From Eledone cirrhosa (lineage: Eukaryota): a stretch of DNA of 64,000 bases. The position numbers and the translations under genes were made by a program. Shown here piece by piece: positions 47,901-61,400 of the stretch. Position 1 is the first letter of the stretch; every line of letters begins with the position of its first letter. Where the stretch lies: positions 346,766,001-346,830,000 of the forward strand of contig OZ024742.1 in the NCBI GenBank assembly GCA_964016885.1, in the 5' to 3' direction. The notes beneath the pieces are model-generated. The model did no database searches. It was given only the letters and a program-made list of their open reading frames with translations, and was not told where the DNA came from.

Positions 47901-49499
47901 GGATACTTGTATTATAAGCCTACATTAAGATACTTGTAATATAAGCCTACATTAAGATACTTGTAATATAAGCCTACATTAAGTTACGTGTAATATAAGC
48001 CTACATTAAGATACTTGTAATATAAGCCTTCATTAAGATACATGTATTATAAGCCTTCATTAAGAAACTTGTAATATAAGCCTACATTAAGATACTTGTA
48101 TTATAAGCCTACATTAAGATACTTGTATTATAAGCCCACATTAAGACACTTGTAATATAAGCCTACATTAAGATACTTGTATTATAAGTCTACATTATGA
48201 TACTTGTAATATAAGCCCACATTAAGATTCTTGTATTATAAGCCTACATTAAGATACTTGTAATATAAGCCTACATTAAGATACTTGTATCATAAGCCTA
48301 CATTAAGATACTTGCATTATAAGTCCACATTAAGATACTTGTAATATAAGCCTGCATTAAGATACTTGTATTATAAGCCTACATTAAGATACTTGTATTA
48401 TAAGCCAACATTAAGATACTTGTAATATAATCCGACATTAAGATACTTGTAATATAATCCCACATTAAGATACTTGTTATATAATCCCACATTAAGATAC
48501 TTGTAATATAAGCCTACATTAAGATACTTGTAATATAATCCAACATTAAGATACTTGTAATATAAGCCTAGGTTAAGATACGTGTAATATAAGCCAACAT
48601 TAAGATACTTGTAATATAAGCCTACATTAAGATACTCGTAAAATAAGCCTACATTAAGATACTTGTAATATAAGCCAACATTAAGATACTTGTAATATAA
48701 GCCCACATTAAGATACTTGTAATATAAGCCAACATTAAGATACTTGTATTATAAGCCTACATTAAGATACTTGTAATATAAGCCGACATTAAGACACTTG
48801 TAATATAAGCGAAAATTAAGATACTTGTAATATAAGCACACATTAAGATACTTGTAATATAAGCCTTCATTAAGATACTTGTATTATAAGCCTACATTAA
48901 GATACTTGTAATATAAGCCTACATTAAGATACTTGTATTATAAGCCTACATTAAGATACTTGTAATATAAGCCTAAATTAAGATAGTTGTATGATAAGCA
49001 TACATTAAGATACTTGTATTATAAGCCGACATTAAGATACTTGTAATATAAGTCAACATTAAGATACTTGTATTATAAGCCTACATTAAGATACTTGTAA
49101 TATAAGCCTACATTAAGATACTTGTATTATAAGCCTACATTAAGATACTTGTATTATAATCCCACATTAAGATACTTGTAATATAAGCCTACATTAAGAT
49201 ACTTGTATTATAAGCCCACATTCAGACACTTGTATTATAAGCCCACATTAAGATACTTGTAATATAAGCCAACATTAAGATACTTGTAATATAAGTCTAC
49301 ATTAATATACTCGTAATATAAGCCTACATTAAGATGCTTGTAATATAAGCCTACATTAAGATACTTGTAATATAATCCTACATTAAGATACTTGTAATAT
49401 AAGCCTACATTAAGATACTCGTAATATAAGCCTACATTAAGATACTTTTATTATAAGCCTACATTAAGATACTTGTAATATAATCCCACATTAAGATAC

Positions 49500-52400
49500 T
49501 TGTATTATAAGCCCACATTAAGATACTTGTAATATAAGCTTACATTAAGATACTTGTAATATAAGCCTACATTAAGATACTTGTAATATAAGCCTACATT
49601 AAGATACTTGTAATATAAGCCTACATTAAGATACTTGTAATATAAGTCCACATTAAGATACTTGTAATATAACCCTACATTAAGATACTTGTAATATAAG
49701 CCTACATTAAGATACTTGTATTATAAGCCCACAGTAAGATACGTGTAATATAAGCCAACATTAAGATACTTGTAATATAAGTCTACATTAAGATACTCGT
49801 AATATAAGCCTACATTAAGATACTTGTAATATAAGCCAACATTAAGATACATGTATTATAAGCCCACATTAAGATACTTGTAATATAAGCCCACATTAAG
49901 ATACTTGTATTATAAGCCTACATTAAGATACTTGTAATATAAGCCGACATTAAGATACTTGTAATATAAGCCTACATTAAGATACTTTTAATATAAGCCA
50001 ACATTAAGATACTTGTAATGTAAGCCAACATTAAGATACATGTAATATAAGCCTACATTAAGATACGTGTAATATAAGCCTACATTAAGATACTTGTAAT
50101 ATAATACCACATTAAGATACTTGTAATATAAGCCAGCATTAAGATACGTGTAATATAAGTCTACATTAAGATACTTGTAATATAAGCCTACATTAAGATA
50201 CGTGTATTATAAACCCACATTAAGATACTTGTAATATAAGCCTACATTAAGATACTTGTAATATAAGGCAACATTAAGATACTTGTAATATAAGCCTACA
50301 TTAAGATACTTGTAATATAATCCCACATTAAGATACTTGTAATATAAGCCTTCATTAAGATACTTGTAATATAAGCCAACATTAAGATACTTGTAATATA
50401 ATCCCACATTAAGATACTTGTAATATAATCCCACATTAAGATACGTGTAATATAAGCCTACATAACGATACGTGTAATATAAGCCAACATTAAAATACTT
50501 GTAATATAAGCCTAAATTAAGATACTCGTAATATAAGCCTTCATTAAGATACTTGTAATATAAGCCTACATTAAGATACTTGTAATATAAGTCTACATTA
50601 AGATACTTGTAAAATAAGTCTACATTAAGATACTTGTAATATAAGCCTACATTAAGATACTTGTAATATAAGCCTACATTAAGATACTTGAAATAAAAGC
50701 CTACATTAAGATACTTGTATTATAAGCCAACATTAAGATACGTGTAATATAAGCCAACATTAAGCTACTTTAATATAAGTCTACATTAATATACTCGTAA
50801 TATAAGCCTACATTAAGATACTTGTAATATAAGCCAACATTAAGATACTTGTATTATAAGCCTACATTAAGATACTTGTAATATAAGCCTACATTAAGAT
50901 ACTTGTAATATAAGCCAACATTAAGATACTTGTAATATAAGCCTACATTAAGATACTTGTATTATAAGCCCACATTAAGATACTTGTAATATAAGCCTAC
51001 ATTAAGATACTTGTATTATAAGCCTTCATTAAGATACTTGTAATATAAGCCTACATTAAGATACTTGTATTATAAGCCTACATTAAGATACTTGTATTAT
51101 AAGCCAACATTAAGATACTTGTAATATAAGCCAACATTAAGATACTTGTATTATAAGCCTACATTAAGATACTTGTAATATAAGCCAACATTAAGATACT
51201 TGTATTATAAGCCTACATTAAGATACTTGTATTATAAGCCCACATTAAGATACTTGTAATATAAGCCTACATTAAGATACTTGTATTATAAGCCTACATT
51301 AAGATACTTGTATTATAAGCCTACATTAAGATACTTGTAATATAATCCCATATTAAGATACTTGTAATATAATTCCACATTACGATACTTGTTATATTAG
51401 CCCACATTAAAATACTTGTAATATAAGCCGACATTAAGATACTTGTAATATAATCCCACATTAAGATATTTGTAGTATAAGCCTACATTAAGATACGTGT
51501 AATATAAGCCAACATTAAGATACTTGTAATATAAGCCTACATTAAGATACTCGTAATATAAGCCTACATTAAGATACTTGTAATATAAGCCAACATTAAG
51601 ATACTTGTAATATAAGCCTACATTAAGATACTTGTAATATAAGCCAACATTAAGATACTTGTATTATAAGCCTACATTAAGATACTTGTAATATAAGCCT
51701 ACATTAAGATACTTGTTATATAAGCCAACATTAAGATACTTGTAATATAAGCCAACATTAAGATACCTGTAATATAAGCCTACATTAAGATACTTATAAT
51801 ATAAGCCTACATTAAGATACTCGTAATATAATCCTACATTAAGATACTTGTATTATAAGCCTACATTAAGATACTTGTATTATAAGCCGACATTAAGATA
51901 CTTGTAATATAAGCCTGCATTAAGATAATTGCAATATAAGCCTACATTAAGATACTTGTAATATAAGCACACATTAAGATACTTGTAATATAAGCCTACA
52001 TTAAGATACTTGTAATATAAGCCTACATTAAGATACTTGTAATATAAGCCTACATTAAGATACTTTTAATATAAGCCTACATTAAGATACTTGTAATATA
52101 AGCCAACATTAAGATACATGTAATATAAGCCTACATTAAGATACTTGTAATATAAACCTACATTAAGATACTTGTAATATAATCACACATTAAGATACTT
52201 GTAATATAAGTCAGCATTAAGATACTTGTAATATAAGTCTACATTAAGATACTTGTAATATAAGCCTACATTAAGATACTCGTAATATAAGCCTACATTA
52301 AGATACGTGTATTATAAGCCTACATTAAGATACTTGTAATATAAGCCTACATTAGGATACTTGTAATATAAGCCAACATTAAGATACTTGTAATATAAGC

Positions 52401-55400
52401 CTACATTAAGATACTTGTAATATAATCCCACATTAATATACTTGTAATATAAGCCTACATTAAGATACTTGTAATATAAGCCAACATTAAGATACTTGTA
52501 ATATAATCCCACATTAAGATACTTGTAATATAATCCCACATTAAGATACTTGTAATATAATCCCACATTAAGATACGTGTAATATAAGCCTACATTAAGA
52601 TACGTGTAATATAAGCCAACATTAAGATACTTGTAATATAAGCCTAAATTAAGATACTCGTAATATAAGCCTACATTAAGATACTTGTATTATAAGCCTA
52701 CATTAACATACTTGTAATATAAGCCAACATTAAGATACTTGTAATATAATCCTTCATTAAGATACTTGTGATATAACCTACATTAAGATACTTGTAATAT
52801 AATCCTTCATTAAGATACTTGTAATATAACCTACATTAAGATACTTGTAATATAATCCTACATTAAGATACTTGTATTATAAGCCTACATTAAGATACTT
52901 GTATTATAAGCCCACATTAAGATACTTGTAATATAAGCCTACATTAAGATACTTGTAATATAAGCCTACATTAAGATACTTGTAATATAAGCCTACATTA
53001 AAATACTTGTAATATAAGCCAACATTAAGATACTTGTAATATAAGCCTATATTAAGATACTTGTATTATAAGCCCACATTAAGATACTTGTAATATAATC
53101 CTTCATTAAGATACTTGTAATATAACCTACATTAAGGTACTTGTAATATAATCCTACATTAAGATACTTGTATTATAAGCCTACATTAAGATACTTGTAT
53201 TATAAGCCCACATTAAGATACTTGTAATATAAGTCTACATTAAGATACTTGTAATATAAGCCTACAATAAGATACTTGTAAAATAAGTCTACAATAAGAT
53301 ACTTGTAATATAAGCCTACATTAAGATACTTGTAATATAAGCCTACATTAAGATACTTGTAATATAAGCCTACATTAAGATACTTGTATTATAAGCCCAC
53401 ATTAAGATACGTGTAATATAAGCCAACATTAACATACTTGTAATATAAGCCTACATTAAGATACTCGTAATATAAGCCTACATTAAGATACTTGTAATAT
53501 AAGCCTACATTAAGATACGTTTAATATAAGCCAACATTAAGATACTTGTAATATAATCCCACATTAAGATACTTGTAATATAAGCCAGCATTAAGATACT
53601 TGTAATATAAGTCTACGTTAAGATACTTGTAATATAAGCCTACATTAAGATACTCGTAATATAAGCCTACATTAAGATACTTGTAATATAAGCCTACATT
53701 AAGATACTTGTATTATAAGCCTCCATTAAGATACTTGTAATATAGGTCTACATTAACATACTCGTAATATAAGCCTACATTAAGATACTTGTAATATAAG
53801 CCAACATTAAGATACTTGTAATATAAGCCTACATTAAGATACTTGTAATATAAGCCAACATTAAGATATTTGTATTATAAGCCTACATTAAGATACTTGT
53901 AATATAATCCCACATTAAGATACTTATAATATAATCCCTCATTAAGATACGTGTAATATAAGCCTACATTAAGATACGTGTAATATAAGCCAACATTAAG
54001 ATACTTGTAATATAAGCCCAAATTAAGATAATTGTAATATAAGCCCATATTAAGATACTTGTAATATAAGCCTACATTAAGATACTCGTAATATAAGTCT
54101 ACATTAAGATACGTGTAATATAAGCCAACATTAAGATACTTGTATTATAAGCCCACATTAAGATACTAGTAATATAAGCCCACATTAAGATACTTGTAAT
54201 ATAAGCCAACATTAAGATACTTATAATATAAGCCTACATTAAGATACTTGTATTATAAGCCTACATTAAGATACTTGTATTATAAGACCACATTAAGATA
54301 CTTGTAATATAATCCCACATTACGATACTTGTTATATAATCCCACATTAAAATACTTGTAATATAAGCCTACATTAAGATACATGTAATATAATCCCACA
54401 TTAAGATATTTGTAATATAAGCCTACATTAAGATACTTGTAATATAAGCCAACATAAAGATACTTGTAATATAAGCCTACATTAAGATACTTGTATTATA
54501 AGCCCACATTAAGATACTTGTAATATAATCCTTCATTAAGATACTTGTAATATAACCTACATTAAGATACTTGTAATATAATCCTACATTAAGATACTTG
54601 TATTATAAGCCCACATTAAGATACTTGTAATATAAGCCTACATTAAGATACTTGTAATATAAGCCTACAATAAGATACTTGTAAAATAAGTCTACATTAA
54701 GATACTTGTAATATAAGCCTACATTAAGATACTTGTAATATAAGCCTACATTAAGATACTTGTAATATAAGCCTACATTAAGATACTTGTATTATAAGCC
54801 TACATTAAGATACGTGTAATATAAGCCAACATTAAGCTACTTGTATTATAAGTCTACATTAAGATACTCGTAATATAAGGCTACATTAAGATACTTGTAA
54901 TATAAGCCAACGTTAAGATACTTGTATTATAAGCCGACATTAAGATACTTGTAATATAAGCCTACATTAAGATACTTGTAATATAAGCCAACATTAAGAT
55001 ACTTGTAATATAAGTCTACATTAAGATACTTGTAATACAATCCCACATTAATATACTTGTAATATAAGCCAGCATTAAGATACTTGTAATATAAGTCTAC
55101 ATTAAGATACTTGTAATATAAGCCTACATTAAGATACTCGTAATATAAGTCTACATTAAGATACTTGTAATATAAGCCTACATTAAGATACTTGTATTAT
55201 AAGCCCACATTAAGATACTAATAATATAAGCCCACATTAAGATACTTGTAATATAAGCCAACATTAAGATACTTGTAATATAAGCCTACATTAAGATACT
55301 TGTATTATAAGCCTACATTAAGATACTTGTAATATAAGCCTACATTAAGATACTTGTATTATAAGCCTTCATTAAGATACTTGTAATATAAGCCTACATT

Positions 55401-58400
55401 AAGATACTTGTATTATAAGCCTACATTAAGATACTTGTATTATAAGCCTATATTAAGATACTTGTAATATAAGCCAACATTAAGATACTTGTATTATAAG
55501 CCTACATTAAGATACTTGTAATATAAGCCAACATTAAGATACTTGTATTATAAGCCTACATTAAGATACTTGTAATATAAGCCTACATTAAGATACTTGT
55601 ATTATAAGCCTACATTAAGATACTTGTATTATAAGCCCGCATTAAGATACTTGTAATATAAGCCTACATTAAGATACTTGTATTATAAGCCTACATTAAG
55701 ATACTTGTATTATAAGCCCACATTAAGATACTTGTAATATAATCCCACATTAAGATACTTGTAATATAATCCCACATTACGATACTTGTTATATAATCCC
55801 ACATTAAAATACTTGTAATATAAGCCGACATTAAGATACTTGTAATATAATCCCACATTAAGATATTTGTAATATAAGCCTACATTAAGATACGTGTAAT
55901 ATAAGCCAACATTAAGATACTTGTAATATAAGCCTACATTAAGATACTCGTAATATAAGCCTACATTAAGATACTTGTAATATAAGCCAACATTAAGATA
56001 CTTGTAATATAAGCCCACATTAAGATACTTGTAATATAAGCCAACATTAAGATACTTGTATTATAAGCCTACATTAAAATACTTGTAATATAAGCCGACA
56101 TTAAGATACTTGTAATATAAGCCAACATTAAGATACTTGTAATATAATCCCACATTAAGATACTTGTAATATAAGCCTACATTAAGATACTTGTAATATA
56201 AGCCTACATTAAGATACTCGTAATATAAGCCTACATTAAGATACTTGTATTATAAGCCTCCATTAAGATACTTGTATTATAAGCCCACATTAAGATACTT
56301 GTAATATAAGCACATATTAAGATACTTGTAATATAAGCCCACATTAAGATACTCGTAATATAAGTCTACATTACGATACGTGTAATATAAGCCTACATTA
56401 AGATACTTGTATTATAAGTCTAATTTAAGATACTTGTAATATAAGCCCACATTAAGATACTTGTAATATAATCCCACATTAAGATACTTATAATATAATC
56501 CCACATTAAGATACGTGTAATATAAGCCTACATTAAGATACTTGTAATATAATCCCACATTAAGATACTTGTAATATAAGCCTACATTAAGATACTTGTA
56601 TTATAAGCCTACATTAAGATACTTGTATTATAAGCCCACATTAAGATACTTGTAATATAATCCCACATTAAGATACTTGTAATATAATCCCACATTACGA
56701 TACTTGTTATATAATCCCACATTAAAATACTTGTAATATAAGCCGACATTAAGATACTTGTAATATAATCCCACATTAAGATATTTGTAATATAAGACTA
56801 CATTAAGATACGTGTAATATAAGCCAACATTAACATACTTGTAATATAAGCCTACATTAAGATACTCGTAATATAAGCCTACATTAAGATACTTGTAATA
56901 TAAGCCTACATTAAGATACGTTTAATATAAGCCAACATTAAGATACTTGTAATATAATCCCACATTAAGATACTTGTAATATAAGCCAGCATTAAGATAC
57001 ATGTAATATAAGTCTACGTTAAGATACTTGTAATATAAGCCTACATTAAGATACTTGTAATATAAGCCTACATTAAGATACTTGTATTATAAGCCTCCAT
57101 TAAGATACTTGTAATATAAGTCTACATTAAGATACTCGTAATATAAGCCTACATTAAGATACTTGTAATATAAGCCAACATTAAGATACTTGTAATATAA
57201 GCCTACATTAAGATACTTGTAATATAAGCCAACATTAAGATATTTGTATTATAAGCCTACATTAAGATACTTGTAATATAATCCCACATTAAGATACTTA
57301 TAATATAATCCCACATTAAGATACGTGTAATATAAGCCTACATTAAGATACGTGTAATATAAGCCAACATTAAGATACTTGTAATATAAGCCCAAATTAA
57401 GATAATTGTAATATAAGCCTACATTAAGATACTCGTAATATAAGTCTACATTAAGATACGTGTAATATAAGCCAACATTAAGATACTTGTATTATAAGCC
57501 CACATTAAGATACTAGTAATATAAGCCCACATTAAGATACTTGTAATATAAGCCAACATTAAGATACTTATAATATAAGCCTACATTAAGATACTTGTAT
57601 TATAAGCCTACATTAAGATACTTGTATTATAAGCCCACATTAAGATACTTGTAATATAATCCCACATTACGATACTTGTTATATAATCCCACATTAAAAT
57701 ACTTGTAATATAAGCCTACATTAAGATACATGTAATATAATCCCACATTAAGATATTTGTAATATAAGCCTACATTATGATACTTGTAATATAAGCCAAC
57801 ATTAAGATACTTGTAATATAAGCCTACATTAAGATACTTGTATTATAAGCCCACATTAAGATACTTGTAATATAATCCTTCATTAAGATACTTGTAATAT
57901 AACCTACATTAAGATACTTGTAATATAATCCTACATTAAGATACTTGTATTATAAGCCTACATTAAGATACTTGTATTATAAGCCCACATTAAGATACTT
58001 GTAATATAAGCCTACATTAAGATACTTGTAATATAAGCCTACAATAAGATACTTGTAAAATAAGTCTACATTAAGATACTTGTAATATAAGCCTACATTA
58101 AGATACTTGTAATATAAGCCTACATTAAGATACTTGTAATATAAGCCTACATTAAGATACTTGTATTATAAGCCTACATTAAGATACGTGTAATATAAGC
58201 CAACATTAAGCTACTTGTATTATAAGTCTACATTAAGATACTCGTAATATAAGGCTACATTAAGATACTTGTAATATAAGCCAACGTTAAGATACTTGTA
58301 TTATAAGCCGACATTAAGATACTTGTAATATAAGCCTACATTAAGATACTTGTAATATAAGCCAACATTAAGATACTTGTAATATAAGTCTACATTAAGA

Positions 58401-61400
58401 TACTTGTAATACAATCCCACATTAATATACTTGTAATATAAGCCAGCATTAAGATACTTGTAATATAAGTCTACATTAAGATACTTGTAATATAAGCCTA
58501 CATTAAGATACTCGTAATATAAGTCTACATTAAGATACTTGTAATATAAGCCTACATTAAGATACTTGTATTATAAGCCCACATTAAGATACTAATAATA
58601 TAAGCCCACATTAAGATACTTGTAATATAAGCCAACATTAAGATACTTGTAATATAAGCCTACATTAAGATACTTGTATTATAAGCCTACATTAAGATAC
58701 TTGTAATATAAGCCTACATTAAGATACTTGTATTATAAGCCTTCATTAAGATACTTGTAATATAAGCCTACATTAAGATACTTGTATTATAAGCCTACAT
58801 TAAGATACTTGTATTATAAGCCTACATTAAGATACTTGTAATATAAGCCAACATTAAGATACTTGTATTATAAGCCTACATTAAGATACTTGTAATATAA
58901 GCCAACATTAAGATACTTGTATTATAAGCCTACATTAAGATACTTGTAATATAAGCCTACATTAAGATACTTGTATTATAAGCCTACATTAAGATACTTG
59001 TATTATAAGCCCGCATTAATATACTTGTAATATAAGCCTACATTAAGATACTTGTATTATAAGCCTACATTAAGATACTTGTATTATAAGCCCACATTAA
59101 GATACTTGTAATATAATCCCACATTAAGATACTTGTAATATAATCCCACATTACGATACTTGTTATATAATCCCACATTAAAATACTTGTAATATAAGCC
59201 GACATTAAGATACTTGTAATATAACCCCACATTAAGATATTTGTAATATAAGCCTACATTAAGATACGTGTAATATAAGCCAACATTAAGATACTTGTAA
59301 TATAAGCCTACATTAAGATACTCGTAATATAAGCCTACATTAAGATACTTGTAATATAAGCCAACATTAAGATACTTGTAATATAAGCCCACATTAAGAT
59401 ACTTGTAATATAAGCCAACATTAAGATAACTGTATTATAAGCCTACATTAAAATACTTGTAATGTAAGCCGACATTAAGATACTTGTAATATAATCCCAC
59501 ATTAAGATACTTGTAATATAAGCCTACATTAAGATACTTGTAATATAAGCCTACATTAAGATACTCGTAATATAAGCCTACATTAAGATACTTGTATTAT
59601 AAGCCTCCATTAAGATACTTGTATTATAAGCCCACATTAAGATACTTGTAATATAAGCACATATTAAGATACTTGTAATATAAGCCCACATTAAGATACT
59701 CGTAATATAAGTCTACATTAAGATACGTGTAATATAAGCCTACATTAAGATACTTGTATTATAAGTCTAATTTAAGATACTTGTAATATAAGCCTACATT
59801 AAGATACTTGTAATATAATCCCACATTAAGATACTTATAATATAATCCCACATTAAGATACGTGTAATATAAGCCTACATTAAGATACTTGTAATATAAT
59901 CCCACATTAAGATACTTGTAATATAAGCCAGCATTAAGATACATGTAATATAAGTCTACATTAAGATACTTGTAATATAAGCCTACATTAAGATACTCGT
60001 AATATAAGCCTACATTAAGATACTTGTAATATAAGCCTACATTAAGATACTTGTATTATAAGCCTCCATTAAGATACTTGTAATATAAGTCTACATTAAG
60101 ATACTCGTAATATAAGCCTACATTAAGATACTTGTAATATAAGCCTACATTAAGATACTTGTAATATAAGCCTACATTAAGATACTTGTAATATAAGCCT
60201 ACATTAAGATACTTGTATTATAAGCCTACATTAAGATACTTGTATTATAAGCCCACATTAATATACTTGTAATATAATCCCACATTACGATACTTGTTAT
60301 ATAATCCCACATTAAAATACTTGTAATATAAGCCTACATTAAGATACTTGTAATATAATCCCACATTAAGATATTTGTAATATAAGCCTACATTAAGATA
60401 CGTGTAATATAAGCCAACATTAAGATACTTGTAATATAAGCCTACATTAAGATACTCGTAATATAAGCCTACATTAAATACTTGTAATATAAGCCAACAT
60501 TAAGATACTTGTAATATAAGCCCACATTAAGATACTTGTAATATAAGCCAACATTAAGATACTTGTATTATAAGCCTACATTAAGATACTTGTAATATAG
60601 GCCTACATTAAGACACTTGTAATATAAGCCTACATTAAGATACTCGTAATATAAGCCTACATTAAGATACTTGTATTATAAGCCTACATTAAGATACTTG
60701 TATTATAAGCCCACATTAACATACTTGTAATATAAGCCCATATTAAGATACTTGTAATATAAGCTCACATTAAGATACTCGTAATATAAGTCTACATTAC
60801 GATACGTGTAATATAAGCCTACATTAAGATACTTGTAATATAAGTCTACATTAAGATACTTGTAATATAATCCCACATTAAGATACGTGTAATATAAGCC
60901 TACATTAAGATACTTGTAATATAAGCGCACATTAAGATACTTGTAATATAAGCCTACATTAAGATACGTGTAATATAAGCCAACATTAAGATACTTGTAA
61001 TATAAGTCTACATTAAGATACGTGTAATATAAGCCCACATTAAGATACTTGTAATATAAGCCCACATTAAGATACTTGTAATATTAGCCCACATTAAGAT
61101 ACTTGTAATATAAGTCTACATTAAGATACGTGTAATATAAACCTACATTAAGTTATTTGTAATATAAGCCCACATTAAGATACTTGTATTATAAGCCTAC
61201 ATTAAGATACTTGTAATATAATCCCACATTAAGATACATATAATATAATCCCACATTAAGATACGTGTAATATAAGCCTACATTAAGATACGTGTAATAT
61301 AAGCCAACATTAAGATACTTGTAATATAAGCCAACATTAAGATACTTGTAATATAAGCCAACATTAAGATACTTGTAATATAAGCCTACATTAAGATACT

